From IMG/VR virus record IMGVR_UViG_3300045988_173330: 46,691 bases of DNA. The stretch is one strand, 5' to 3'. Origin of the DNA: a virus. Position 1 is the first letter of the stretch. Each line of letters starts with the position of its first letter. This document shows, one piece after another, positions 6,328 to 15,858 of the stretch. A program made the position numbers and the translations under genes. The notes below the pieces were generated by a model. That model saw only the letters and a list, made by a program, of their open reading frames with translations. It made no database searches and was not told the origin of the DNA.

Positions 6328-9300
6328 ATGTACTTTACTCAAGACGATATAAAACGAATCAAGGAGGCTTCCAAAGGCAGGCTCCTTGATGTTATCGGTG
6401 ACTTCCACGAACTACGCAAACGGGGGGCCGAATATAAATGCGAATGCCCTAAATGCCATGGACAAGAGAAGTTACATATCTCTCCGGCCAAACAGATTTT
6501 CAAATGCTTCAGTTGCCCGGATATAAAAGGCAAAGAACCGCTGGACTATCTGCAGAGGGCAGAAGACATGCAATTCCTGGAGGCATGCGATTACCTGGCG
6601 CGCAAATTCAATGTATTGCTGGACCCCAAACCGGAGAAGAAACCTTCCAAACCCACAAAAATGAAGAAACGGAGCAAGGAGGCCAAGGGAGAAAGTGTCG
6701 ATACATTCTGCGCCCGTATGCTTGCTGACAGCGGTCTGACCTATCAGGACGTGACGGCACATATCTTCAAGAAGGGAGATACACAGAGCATTTTCGAGGC
6801 GAAGACTTTCCGTCCGGGAACCGTTGACGAATACGGCAATATCGTTGACGGGGATGATGTCATCATCGAATATTACGACCTGGACGGCATGCCGGTCACT
6901 TATACCCGTAAGCTGCCGGGGCGTGGCAAGCAGGAACTCAAAGTGTATTACCGCGTCCGCTGGCAATTCCCGGAAGAACACCGGGACAAGGAAGGGAAAC
7001 CGTTCAAGTACAAGTCTCCTGCCGGCAGCGGTACGCCCATATACATCCCGGAACGCATGAGGCAGATGTACAAGAGGAAAGAGCAGTTCCCAAGACTCTA
7101 CATCCAGGAAGGAGAAAAGAAAGCGGAAAAGGCATGCAAGCACGGTATCCCCTCCATAGCGGTCAGCGGCATCCAGAACCTGGGACAGAAAGGGGCGTTG
7201 CCGGAGGATCTTGTCAAGATAATCACTGTCTGCGGAGTCAAGGAAGTGGCTTTCATTTTTGATGCGGACTGGAATGACCTCTCCCGTAACATTAAGTTCA
7301 ATGCTCCAGTTGATTTTCGACCACGCAGTTTCTTCTCCGCTGCCCGAAACTTCAAGGAATATATGCGTATGCTGAAGAACCGCGGTATCATGGTGGAAAT
7401 ATTCATTGGCCACATCAACAAGAACGATGAAGGCGACAAGGGAGTGGACGACCTCTTGGCCGATAAGCTGGCCGGTCATGAAGAGGAACTGGCCGAAGAC
7501 CTGGAATTTGCCTGCAACGAGAAGTCCGGAATGGGAAAGTATGTGGAAGTGTTCAAAATCACCACATGGAATGACCAGAAACTACGGGAATTATGGAACC
7601 TGCACAGCCATGAAAAATTTGCCGAGCAGCACCGCGAGGTCCTGCAGGAGCTTCCGGAATTTATCTTTGGTCGCTATGCCTGGAAGTTTGACGAGAACGG
7701 CAAATTGGTATCTGCCCTACCCTATGATGAGGATGAGAAGTTCTGGAATGAGGACTACAAGGAAACGAACGGTAACAGGGTGCCGGTGTTTGAATATGAT
7801 TATGTGGCCGCCAAGACCTTTTTCCAGAACCGGGGTATCGGCCGTTACCGCCTGCTCGATACCAAACTCTGGACATATATCCATCTGGAGCCGCCGGTAG
7901 TCCGCACCATTGACGTGGAAGACGCACGCGATTTCATGTTCGCCTTTGCCGAACAGAACTGCAGCCGTTTCGTCAACAACCAGCTACTCAAGGGAGGCTC
8001 GCAATACGTCGGACCGTTCCAGATGTCAAGGCTCGCCTTCATCCAACCGAACTTCATCTCCCCGTCCCGTGACGAGCAATATTTCTATTTCCGTGACCGT
8101 TGCTGGCACATCACCCAGCATGAGGTCAAGGAAGTGGGATATGAAAGCATCACCCACCAGATATGGGATGAACAACGGAAGAACACCGATGCCAGGTACC
8201 TCGGCCACCCCCTCATTATATTCAGGGAGAAGGACGGCAGGTATGACTACGAACTCTCTCCGGAAGGCAGGAAATGCCACTATCTCCAGTTCCTTATCAA
8301 TACCAGCAATTTCACCTGGAGAAAGAGGCCGGAAGAGATTGAGGAGAGTGAAATCTTTGAAAACAATCTTCATCTGCTTTCTAAGATGTGCGCCATCGGC
8401 TACATGCTGATGGAATGCAAGGACGCGAACGTGACACGTGCCGTTATCGGCATGGACGGCAAGCAGTCGGAAGTCGGTGACAGCAACGGACGCAGCGGCA
8501 AGTCACTTGTCGGTGAGCTGATGCGCCAGGTTGTCGATACAGTCTATATATCCGGGAAACGGACGGACATCTTCAACGACAGCTTTATCTGGAATGACAT
8601 CGACGAACGGACACGCCTGGTATTCATCGACGATGTCATGCTGAACTTCAACTTCGAGTTTCTGTTCCCCAATCTCACCGGAGACTGGACTGTGAACAAA
8701 AAGGGGGGCGCACGTATCACTTATCCGTTCGCCAAATCACCCAAAGTATATATCCCCACCAATCATGCCATCCGCGGTACCGGTTCCAGCTATACCGACA
8801 GGCAATGGCTGATAGCCTTCTCCGATTTTTATAATGACAAGCACAAGCCCATGGATGATTTCGGGGTACTGTTCTTTTCCGAATGGGACTTCACCCAGTG
8901 GAACCTGACCTGGAACATGCTGGCCAACTGCATACAGCTCTATCTTAAATTCGGGGTCGTGCAGGCACCGGGCGAACGCCTGCAGCAGCGTAAGCTAAGG
9001 CAGGAGATTGGCGAGACCATCATATCCTGGGCGGACGAATACTTCAGCAGCGAGGAGCACTGTCGCCGTACCCCACGCAAGGAGATTTATGACAATTTCT
9101 GCAACTATGATCCGCAGCAACGCAAGTACATCACTTCCACCGCCTTCAAGGACAAGATAAAAAAATACTGCGAATGGAAGGGCTGGGTGTTCAACCCACA
9201 CAAGTATGACGCCAAAAGCGGTCTGCCTCTCTTCCTGGACAAGGACGGGAAACCGGTTATAGATGACAAGTCCGGAGGAGTGGAGTATTTCACCATAGGC

Positions 9301-9381
9301 AAGACAGCCGGAGAGCAGACACCCCAGAGTGACCCGCATGAACTACCGGTTGGCAATCCGGACAACAAACTTGCATTCTGA
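6328..9381 (+). CDS. Primase-helicase: zf-CHC2 + Toprim + P4/D5-type P-loop NTPase
   Basis: 1017 aa. Zinc finger CECPKCHGQEKLHISPAKQIFKCFSC; Toprim-like IQEGEKKAEKACKHGIPSIAVSG...FIFDADWND; Walker A NGRSGKSLVGE and Walker B LVFIDDV. Confidence 0.9.
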   Translation: MYFTQDDIKRIKEASKGRLLDVIGDFHELRKRGAEYKCECPKCHGQEKLHISPAKQIFKCFSCPDIKGKEPLDYLQRAEDMQFLEACDYLARKFNVLLDPKPEKKPSKPTKMKKRSKEAKGESVDTFCARMLADSGLTYQDVTAHIFKKGDTQSIFEAKTFRPGTVDEYGNIVDGDDVIIEYYDLDGMPVTYTRKLPGRGKQELKVYYRVRWQFPEEHRDKEGKPFKYKSPAGSGTPIYIPERMRQMYKRKEQFPRLYIQEGEKKAEKACKHGIPSIAVSGIQNLGQKGALPEDLVKIITVCGVKEVAFIFDADWNDLSRNIKFNAPVDFRPRSFFSAARNFKEYMRMLKNRGIMVEIFIGHINKNDEGDKGVDDLLADKLAGHEEELAEDLEFACNEKSGMGKYVEVFKITTWNDQKLRELWNLHSHEKFAEQHREVLQELPEFIFGRYAWKFDENGKLVSALPYDEDEKFWNEDYKETNGNRVPVFEYDYVAAKTFFQNRGIGRYRLLDTKLWTYIHLEPPVVRTIDVEDARDFMFAFAEQNCSRFVNNQLLKGGSQYVGPFQMSRLAFIQPNFISPSRDEQYFYFRDRCWHITQHEVKEVGYESITHQIWDEQRKNTDARYLGHPLIIFREKDGRYDYELSPEGRKCHYLQFLINTSNFTWRKRPEEIEESEIFENNLHLLSKMCAIGYMLMECKDANVTRAVIGMDGKQSEVGDSNGRSGKSLVGELMRQVVDTVYISGKRTDIFNDSFIWNDIDERTRLVFIDDVMLNFNFEFLFPNLTGDWTVNKKGGARITYPFAKSPKVYIPTNHAIRGTGSSYTDRQWLIAFSDFYNDKHKPMDDFGVLFFSEWDFTQWNLTWNMLANCIQLYLKFGVVQAPGERLQQRKLRQEIGETIISWADEYFSSEEHCRRTPRKEIYDNFCNYDPQQRKYITSTAFKDKIKKYCEWKGWVFNPHKYDAKSGLPLFLDKDGKPVIDDKSGGVEYFTIGKTAGEQTPQSDPHELPVGNPDNKLAF

Positions 9382-9701
9382 TGAGCGAGACACATTCCAG
9401 TATCATGGCCAGACTTATGCCGCTCTACGAGATGGCGCCCGAACGTTTCATGGCGTTCTATGATGCGGTGTATCTGATGTGTGTCGATCTGCCGGAAGGC
9501 TGCCGGTTCCGTATCTCAGACCGTTGCCGGGAAAAAGACCTGGAACTGTTCCGGGACATCGTGAAGACTCTCATTGCGGAACAGCCTTACGACAAGTATG
9601 CAGGACAATTGGAACTGTCGGATGATATGGAGTATGTGCGGCGGACAACCGGCTTTAAACCTTCCGGGAACCGCTTCATCCCGAAATGGAGAAAGGGATA
9701 G
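9381..9701 (+). CDS. Hypothetical protein coupled to the primase gene
   Basis: 106-aa ORF; its start overlaps the primase stop (TGATG). Confidence 0.55.
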   Translation: MSETHSSIMARLMPLYEMAPERFMAFYDAVYLMCVDLPEGCRFRISDRCREKDLELFRDIVKTLIAEQPYDKYAGQLELSDDMEYVRRTTGFKPSGNRFIPKWRKG

Positions 9702-9760
9702 AATATGTCAATTTATTATGATGTAAAGATACATATTTTCAACGAATTACGCAAACAATC

Positions 9761-10090
9761 ATGCTGAAAAAAGAGCACAAAATATTGGTGGTCGTTTCTC
9801 CGGAACCGGCTGAACGCAAGAGACTGTTGAGCCGCCTGGCAGTACGGCTCGGTTTCGCACTCATCCCTTCGGATGCAGCGAAAATCATATCGAACGACAT
9901 CTACGGCATAGACCTGGCGACGGCCTATTTCGTTTTCTGCAGCAGCTACAATTTCCGTGGAGCCGTACTCACCAACCAGCGCTTGTATGAAATGGCGGCG
10001 CGAGGCTTGTGTGTGGCTGTAGGAGTCCGTTCCATTCCCCGTGAATATGAATTCATCTGCAAGGTGTTCTATCCGGAAGATTTTCCGTGA
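9761..10090 (+). CDS. Hypothetical protein
   Basis: 109-aa ORF followed by a strong + strand terminator. The overlapping 181-aa minus ORF has no such support. Confidence 0.5.
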   Translation: MLKKEHKILVVVSPEPAERKRLLSRLAVRLGFALIPSDAAKIISNDIYGIDLATAYFVFCSSYNFRGAVLTNQRLYEMAARGLCVAVGVRSIPREYEFICKVFYPEDFP

Positions 10091-10148
10091 TGACATTCCC
10101 GGAAAACACAATGCGGAGTATTCTTGAAAGTGCATATTAGGTATTTGT

Positions 10149-10190
10149 CTGCATCCGGCTGTGCGTGAGTACAGCCGGATGCAGTTTTTT
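10149..10190 (+). terminator. Strong intrinsic terminator
   Basis: Perfect 14-bp stem CTGCATCCGGCTGT / ACAGCCGGATGCAG, 8-nt loop, then TTTTTT. Confidence 0.85.
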
Positions 10191-10196
10191 CTTCTG

Positions 10197-10220
10197 CCCC
10201 TTCCCCCCTCCCCCCAACCC
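10197..10220 (-). other. G-quadruplex-capable tract (C-runs on +, G-runs on -)
   Basis: CCCC tt CCCCCC t CCCCCC aa CCC, four runs of at least 3 C separated by 1-2 nt. Confidence 0.6.
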
Positions 10221-10339
10221 GTCATAATAACGATTCGGACAAACGTGCATGGAAGTGGCAACAGACATGAGAATTCCCGGAGGGGGTATATTATTCTTTT
10301 TTTATTCTTCTTTTTAAAATTGGACTACCTTAAAAAACA

Positions 10340-10620
10340 GAGAAAAAATCGTGCATTCGTACGGATGTGCGGAATTAAGTACATATTATTCTGATATACA
10401 AATATTTATAAGCGTACAAATTCCGCACGAATCGTGCACGAATAGCGCACGAATTGTACTTTTCTTCAAAAAACGGCAAAAAGTACGCAAACGAAAGAAT
10501 TAGTACGGTTTTGTACGCTTTTTGTACACTTATAACAGCCTGACATTCAACAATATAAAAGATAAACCATGTACAAAAGCACTGTCGCACGATTTTTATA
10601 CTATATCCGTATAAGGCCTT
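10340..10620. promoter_or_regulatory. Candidate replication origin or regulatory hub: iterons, inverted repeats and an AT-rich spacer
   Basis: GCACGAAT repeated three times at exactly 11-bp spacing (10425, 10436, 10447). GTGCGGAATT (10367-10376) and AATTCCGCAC (10419-10428) flank a 42-nt spacer with 9 G/C. TTTTGTAC-type motifs with GTAC at 10503, 10513 and 10524. No credible ORF. Confidence 0.45.
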
Positions 10621-10641
10621 GGCTATATTATCGGTATTTTG

Positions 10642-10649
10642 TATATTTG
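10642..10649 (+). promoter_or_regulatory. -7 promoter box TATATTTG
   Basis: Exact TAnnTTTG, 21 nt upstream of the ATG at 10670. Confidence 0.55.
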
Positions 10650-10669
10650 TATAAAAATCAATGCTTTAA

Positions 10670-11254
10670 ATGACAAAGAAAGACCGATTTGTGTGTTGGC
10701 TCCCTTGCAAGCCTTATGTCAAGCAATTCCTGCTGTACAATTTCAATGCCCCGGACGACACCTGGACCGAAATAGTCAATCTGTCCCCGGACAAGGAGCT
10801 ACAGAACGACTTCCTTTCCAGGCTTGCAAAACCCGGACGATACGAGAACAGATACCGGAACCTGGCACGATATACCGCCAACGTGGCGGTGGAGATACGC
10901 CGTGATGACTTCTACCGATACGGATGGGCGATGTCGAATACCGAAGTGGTGGCGTTCGGCAGCAAGGTGGAAAGACGGATCAAGCAGATGCTTTTCCTCT
11001 ATCTCGACACCCATGTCAGTATCGGAATCCCACTCTCGACCGCCATCCGCAACTTTCAGAACAGCTTCGGCTTTGATGACGACACCTGGTCTTATGAGAC
11101 TATCCGCAGGGAGTATAACCGGCATGGATATAGGAAAACGGTGGAGAATACCACGATTTTAGACTTTATTAACCGTATAATTTTGGGGAAGTTGTCCGAA
11201 TTCGGGACAATTTCCCAGCAGGGAAAAATGACTTATGAAAGCAATGCATTATGA
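10670..11254 (+). CDS. Hypothetical protein (first gene after the ori-like region)
   Basis: 194-aa ORF with its own -7 box. No motif recognised. Confidence 0.6.
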   Translation: MTKKDRFVCWLPCKPYVKQFLLYNFNAPDDTWTEIVNLSPDKELQNDFLSRLAKPGRYENRYRNLARYTANVAVEIRRDDFYRYGWAMSNTEVVAFGSKVERRIKQMLFLYLDTHVSIGIPLSTAIRNFQNSFGFDDDTWSYETIRREYNRHGYRKTVENTTILDFINRIILGKLSEFGTISQQGKMTYESNAL

Positions 11255-11717
11255 TTTTGAAAACGTCGGAGGATTGTTGCAGGTGATTGCCGTGCCTCCG
11301 GCCTCGTTCGTGCAAATCCGTAAGGACTATGCCGCCGGTCTGAACTATCTGGAACTCCGCAACCGGGAGGATATTGTTTCCATACCGGTATATGCCAATG
11401 ACACCTATTCCTATAATGAGGACAAGGAGGTGAATGATGCGGGGGATTGCTGGAATGTGTCGGTCGAAGGGGTGATTCCAAAACTTTCCTCAGTGAATCA
11501 TCATTTAATGGAGACGCTGGAGCGTGGCTTGTGGTATGTACTGGCAGTGGACGGCAACGGGGTGGTCCATTGGTGCGGGCAGGAGGACGCACTCATGCTG
11601 TTCAACACGAACAAGACAAGCGGACGTTCCGTGTCGGAACGGAACGGTACCTCATTCACGTTCACCTGCATCCAGGATGAACCGACCTCCTATATTGAAA
11701 ACATGGAGGAAATATAG
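11235..11717 (+). CDS. Hypothetical structural-type protein; C-terminal half resembles that of 14225-14827
   Basis: 160-aa ORF followed by a strong terminator. VLAVDGNGVVHWCG...NGTSFTFTC parallels FIVTDNNGTNYLMG...NTLHYTFTA in the other protein. Confidence 0.55.
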   Translation: MKAMHYDFENVGGLLQVIAVPPASFVQIRKDYAAGLNYLELRNREDIVSIPVYANDTYSYNEDKEVNDAGDCWNVSVEGVIPKLSSVNHHLMETLERGLWYVLAVDGNGVVHWCGQEDALMLFNTNKTSGRSVSERNGTSFTFTCIQDEPTSYIENMEEI

Positions 11718-11779
11718 CCGTACGGCTTCCTCTGCCGACACACAACACGCTTTCGTTCAAACGTTTATCTGCTTACCGT

Positions 11780-11812
11780 CGGTACCCGATGTCCTTGGGT
11801 ACCGTTTTTTTT
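11780..11812 (+). terminator. Strong intrinsic terminator
   Basis: CGGTACCC / GGGTACCG 8-bp stem, 9-nt loop, T8 run. Confidence 0.85.
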
Positions 11813-11841
11813 GCGTTTTTCTTTGCGCAAAAATAAGTTTT

Positions 11842-12960
11842 ATGAACGAGACAGTTATCACATTATTCGGAACGATTGATCGGTATTGGTACAATAAAAA
11901 TTATCTGAAATACTTTCTTGACAAGGCCAAAGGCCAGCCCGTACGCCTGAAGGTTTCCAGTTATGGCGGTGATGTGGCCGAAGCGGTTGCCATGTCCGCC
12001 CTGATGGCCGAGCACGGCAATGTGACGGTGGAGTTCATCAGCTTCAACGCTTCGGCAGCCACTGTACTGGCATTCGGTGCCAAGTCCATCGAGATGCACG
12101 AGGACGGCATGTGGCTGGCGCATAAATGCAGCCTGGGAGTGGACATCTGGGGCCAGCTCAATGCGGACCAGTTGGAGGACACCATCAAGGAACTGCAGAA
12201 CAAGAAGAAGAGCGCGGAAGCCATTGACCTGATGATTGCACAGAAGTACATCAACCGTAGCGGCAAAAGCCTGAAGGACATTATCACCTTGATGGAAGAG
12301 GAACGCTGGATGCCTGCCGCCGAAGCCAAGGAATGGGGATTCATAGACAAGATCATTCCCGGTACCCATAAAAAGCCGCAGGTGACCAATGAAATGACCG
12401 ACTGCTTCACCGCGCTTGGTCTACCGTTGCCGGCTATCGATTCGGAGGGGAAGCCGGAACCGGAAGGCCGTGACAAAAACTTGGTCTCCCAGATTATCGA
12501 CGGTATCAAAGGGCTGTTCCCTACCGGCAACAAGACTGACATTTCTAATTCTTCAAATACAGTTATGCGTAAAGAATTTACTTTCATCAACCAGATCCTC
12601 AACAGCGAAGGCATTGAGGAAAAAGACGGCAAGATGTTGCTTACCGTAGAGAATCTGCAGGCCATCAATGACGCCGTCAAGACCGCCAACGAAGCGAAAG
12701 CCAAAGCGGAGAATGACCTGGCTGTCGCCAACACTGCCAAGGAGACCGCCGAAAACAGTCTGACGGCAGTCGTGAATGACCTTGACAGCCTGAGTGACAG
12801 CATCAAGAATGCCGCCGACAACAAGGCCAAGGTACAAGTTATCCGTGACATTGTCGCCAAGATACCCGGAACGGGTACCGACAGCCACCGGGAAGCGAAC
12901 GAAGACAACAAGTTTGCGGACATCGCCACAGACCCGATCAACAGTTTTGAGAATGAGTAA
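11842..12960 (+). CDS. ClpP-like prohead protease fused to a coiled-coil scaffold-like C-terminus
   Basis: Start moved to the in-frame ATG at 11842, because the upstream part of ORF 11524 crosses the terminator at 11780-11812. LKVSSYGGDVAEAVAM...FNASAATVLAFGA resembles the ClpP/S14 family. The C-terminal is Ala/Lys/Glu-rich coiled coil. Confidence 0.75.
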   Translation: MNETVITLFGTIDRYWYNKNYLKYFLDKAKGQPVRLKVSSYGGDVAEAVAMSALMAEHGNVTVEFISFNASAATVLAFGAKSIEMHEDGMWLAHKCSLGVDIWGQLNADQLEDTIKELQNKKKSAEAIDLMIAQKYINRSGKSLKDIITLMEEERWMPAAEAKEWGFIDKIIPGTHKKPQVTNEMTDCFTALGLPLPAIDSEGKPEPEGRDKNLVSQIIDGIKGLFPTGNKTDISNSSNTVMRKEFTFINQILNSEGIEEKDGKMLLTVENLQAINDAVKTANEAKAKAENDLAVANTAKETAENSLTAVVNDLDSLSDSIKNAADNKAKVQVIRDIVAKIPGTGTDSHREANEDNKFADIATDPINSFENE

Positions 12961-12977
12961 CACTAAACTATTCTATT

Positions 12978-14213
12978 ATGGATTTTAAAGCACCTATTGA
13001 CATTACCGCCGTTCTGACCGCGGTAAAAAAGCACAAGGACATCCTGAAGGCGGTCGACAAGCTCGACGCCTCAGAGGTGTTGAGACATTTCACTCCGGTA
13101 CCGGGCATAACCGACTCCCTTGAACTGGGCAAGGTGGAGGGCGGAAGCATCTCCGGCAAGTACACCGGAAAGTTCACTGCCGGAAAGTATCTGGGCAAGA
13201 TTGTTCCCCGACGTCTGGTAGTGCGTCCCGTTGTAATGGAGATGTCCGACGAGCCTGAGCGCTACCGACGCACCTACATTGCCGAGGTTCCCGGTACACT
13301 CCGCAAGGAACACCCGTTCGAGCTGTGGCTGATCAACCACGGGCACGAACTGGCATCCAATGACCTGCTGTTTGCCATTTTCACGGCAAAATACAGTGCG
13401 GATGAAGAAAAGACGGACATTCAAGACTCTTTCGACGGTATCGGTACCATTATCACTGAAGGCGAAGCTGTCGGGGACATCTCCAGTGCCGAGGGAAACG
13501 TTTATGCGACCGGTGAACTGTCCCGCGCCAATATCGGGGAGAAGCTGCTGGAAATGTGGCGCCACATGCCGCGCACTTTCAAGCGCAAGAAGAACATCAA
13601 GATGTTCATTTCCGACGATCTGGGCGACATGTACGATGACTGGCGCAAGGACGAAGGCACCATTGTCATCGGACTCAAGGAGGACACTTCCGACACGCAG
13701 CACCTGCTTGGTTCCAACAACCGTTGTGAGCTGGTGCGCGTTCCGAACCTTCCCGACGGCAGCCAGTTCGTCATGCTGACCACCAAGGAGAACGTATGCT
13801 ACGGCTTTGACAAGGAGAGCGACTTCAAGTCCATCAAGCCGTTCATGTCCGGCAATCCCTATACGTTCGATGCTGCGGGCAAGTATGTGATCGGTTTCCA
13901 GTTCGTGTCTGTGCACAAGTCCGAGTTCTGCGTCAACGACCGTCCGGTGGACCCGGAAGGGACCAATCCGTTCGGATACATTGAAGTGACCATTACGCCG
14001 GATGAAGCGGTCAACAACGGCGGTAAATGGCGCATCCAGGGCGAGGAAGCCTGGCGTGAGTCCGGTACATATGCGGCAGTTCCCGGTGGCAAGGAATACA
14101 CCGTCGAGTTCCTGGAGGCTGCCGGATACACCACTCCTGCCGTGCAGAAGAAGACGCCCGCTGCAGGCAAAGTGGAGAAGGTGACGGGCACCTATGTTGT
14201 TAAATCCGAATAA
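12978..14213 (+). CDS. Major capsid protein candidate
   Basis: 411-aa ORF immediately downstream of the protease/scaffold gene. Call rests on size and synteny. Confidence 0.65.
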   Translation: MDFKAPIDITAVLTAVKKHKDILKAVDKLDASEVLRHFTPVPGITDSLELGKVEGGSISGKYTGKFTAGKYLGKIVPRRLVVRPVVMEMSDEPERYRRTYIAEVPGTLRKEHPFELWLINHGHELASNDLLFAIFTAKYSADEEKTDIQDSFDGIGTIITEGEAVGDISSAEGNVYATGELSRANIGEKLLEMWRHMPRTFKRKKNIKMFISDDLGDMYDDWRKDEGTIVIGLKEDTSDTQHLLGSNNRCELVRVPNLPDGSQFVMLTTKENVCYGFDKESDFKSIKPFMSGNPYTFDAAGKYVIGFQFVSVHKSEFCVNDRPVDPEGTNPFGYIEVTITPDEAVNNGGKWRIQGEEAWRESGTYAAVPGGKEYTVEFLEAAGYTTPAVQKKTPAAGKVEKVTGTYVVKSE

Positions 14214-14224
14214 ACCCTACGACT

Positions 14225-14827
14225 ATGGCAGAAGTAGACCCTAAATTATGTATTGCCCTTGATGACATCAACGAGGCAATGGACTGCGAGAACCAGGACA
14301 ACATGGGCGGTATCATACCGTCCGTCATCTTCGGTTATCATGCGGATGTGGCCACATGGCCGGACTACCCGAAAAAGACGGAATCCCCTCTTTCTCTTGA
14401 AGAAGCCGGTACATTGGTCGGTGACCTGGTCATGAAGGAAAGTTGCAGAGCATACAAGATGGATTTCACCGACGAACTGGCCGAGTTCAAGATTACCGAC
14501 CAGGGAGAAAGCGGCGGGGAATCGTTCCTAATGGACCTGAATATCATTTCGGCCAAGATGCGGAAGAAGATATTCGGTTTTGAGAATGCGACCAAAGGGC
14601 GCAAGATGTTCTTTATCGTGACCGACAACAACGGCACGAACTACCTGATGGGTGACAAGCGGCGCGGCGCGCTCCGTGCGTCGGGTGACGGTGCCACTAC
14701 CGGAGCAAGCTCCACCGCCCGCAACCAGAACACCCTCCACTACACCTTTACCGCACCGCGCAAATGTGTGTATGAGGGAGATACGGAGGACATCCTGACT
14801 GTAAAAGCCGCATCAGAAGAGCCATAA
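14225..14827 (+). CDS. Hypothetical structural protein (possible paralogue of 11235-11717)
   Basis: 200-aa ORF, last gene before a terminator-like hairpin. Confidence 0.55.
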   Translation: MAEVDPKLCIALDDINEAMDCENQDNMGGIIPSVIFGYHADVATWPDYPKKTESPLSLEEAGTLVGDLVMKESCRAYKMDFTDELAEFKITDQGESGGESFLMDLNIISAKMRKKIFGFENATKGRKMFFIVTDNNGTNYLMGDKRRGALRASGDGATTGASSTARNQNTLHYTFTAPRKCVYEGDTEDILTVKAASEEP

Positions 14828-14853
14828 GCCTTTTTGTTCATGATTGGTTGTTC

Positions 14854-14897
14854 ATGTCCGTCTCTCGCTCTCAGGCAGGGGCGGACATTTTGTTTTG
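14854..14897 (+). terminator. Terminator-like hairpin
   Basis: ATGTCCG / CGGACAT stem with a large loop, followed by TTTTGTTTTG. Confidence 0.45.
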
Positions 14898-14923
14898 TCC
14901 TATTCCGGCAACAAAAACCGCAA

Positions 14924-14931
14924 TAGCTTTG
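14924..14931 (+). promoter_or_regulatory. -7 promoter box TAGCTTTG
   Basis: Exact TAnnTTTG, 29 nt upstream of the ATG at 14960. Confidence 0.5.
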
Positions 14932-14959
14932 CGTATCATCAAAAAACAACGTACATACA

Positions 14960-15850
14960 ATGTCAAAGATTACACAGAACTATATCGAGGCGCGCAGGGA
15001 CGGCATCAAGTGGCTGAACTCGCAGAAACGTGACTACAGCACCGGTGTGAATATCCTGACCCGTTCTGGATATAAGGGGTTTGTCGCCGCACGTCTGGCA
15101 CGCCAGGGCGAAAAGCCGCATACCCGCGAGAAGCTGGAGTATGAAATCCGGCAGATGATCAAGGTGTGGTACCATCCGGATGACCCGCGCTTTGAGGATG
15201 TGGACCTGGCAGATGATGCAATGCCGGGCAATGACGGGCGTTCCGAGACGGTTCCCGAAGAGACGGCTGCCGCCATTGTCGCCGTTGCGGAGAGGGAACT
15301 GGCGCGTGAGGCGGACGAACAGCCCGCCTATCCTCCGGTGATGGCCAAAATCATCTATGACTTCCGGGAATGCTACAACGAACGTTCACGCCAGCACCGG
15401 ATGCTTGCCGGACTGGGTGAGACAAACACGCAGGCTGTATGCACGCAGCGCAAGGATATTGTCGCCCGTATAGCCTTTCTCTCCAACCGCATGACACTGC
15501 TGGCTGCCATCAAAAGGCAGTTCGAGCAGGACAGGGAACTGCCGACTGAAGAGCAGCTGGACGAACTCTACAAAAAAGCGGATACCCCCGAAGAAAATCC
15601 GGAAAAGGAAGAGGACGAGGCCGACATCAGTTCCCTATCCGTGGAAGAGCTGAGGAAAGCGAAATCCAATGCCAAGAGCAAGATTACCAAGGCAAGGAAC
15701 ATGCTGCTGTACTCTTCGGAAAGCAAGCCCAAGGACGGCAAGGAGAATCCCCTTCCCGACTGCCCCAAACGCGTGAAATACGAGAAGAAGGTGGCTGCCC
15801 AGGAAGCACTGGTGGAAAGGATAGAATATCGTTTGGCAGAACTGCAATAG
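14960..15850 (+). CDS. Hypothetical protein with acidic/coiled-coil C-terminus
   Basis: 296-aa ORF, first gene of the packaging-region operon. Confidence 0.6.
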   Translation: MSKITQNYIEARRDGIKWLNSQKRDYSTGVNILTRSGYKGFVAARLARQGEKPHTREKLEYEIRQMIKVWYHPDDPRFEDVDLADDAMPGNDGRSETVPEETAAAIVAVAERELAREADEQPAYPPVMAKIIYDFRECYNERSRQHRMLAGLGETNTQAVCTQRKDIVARIAFLSNRMTLLAAIKRQFEQDRELPTEEQLDELYKKADTPEENPEKEEDEADISSLSVEELRKAKSNAKSKITKARNMLLYSSESKPKDGKENPLPDCPKRVKYEKKVAAQEALVERIEYRLAELQ

Positions 15851-15858
15851 GTTAGGTT

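Noticed and set aside
6472-7479. Long minus-strand ORFs opposite core genes. Examples: 6472-7479, 11961-12941, 13071-13916, 16701-17210, 18685-19251, 26057-27016, 27913-28566, 29828-30673 and 34200-34913.
   Set aside because: Each lies antisense to a + strand gene with recognisable motifs or tight operon coupling. Their products are Arg/Gly/Leu/Val-rich with no motifs, as expected of shadow frames in G+C-rich coding DNA.
9716-10905. ORFs 9716-10261 (-), 10161-10394 (+), 10375-10590 (-) and 10639-10905 (+).
   Set aside because: They cross the terminator, the poly-C tract or the iteron array, or overlap 10670-11254 out of frame. Their products are low-complexity.
11524-11841. N-terminal extension of the protease ORF (track start 11524).
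   Set aside because: It overlaps the 3' end of 11235-11717 in another frame and runs through the strong terminator at 11780-11812. The ClpP-like sequence only begins after the ATG at 11842.
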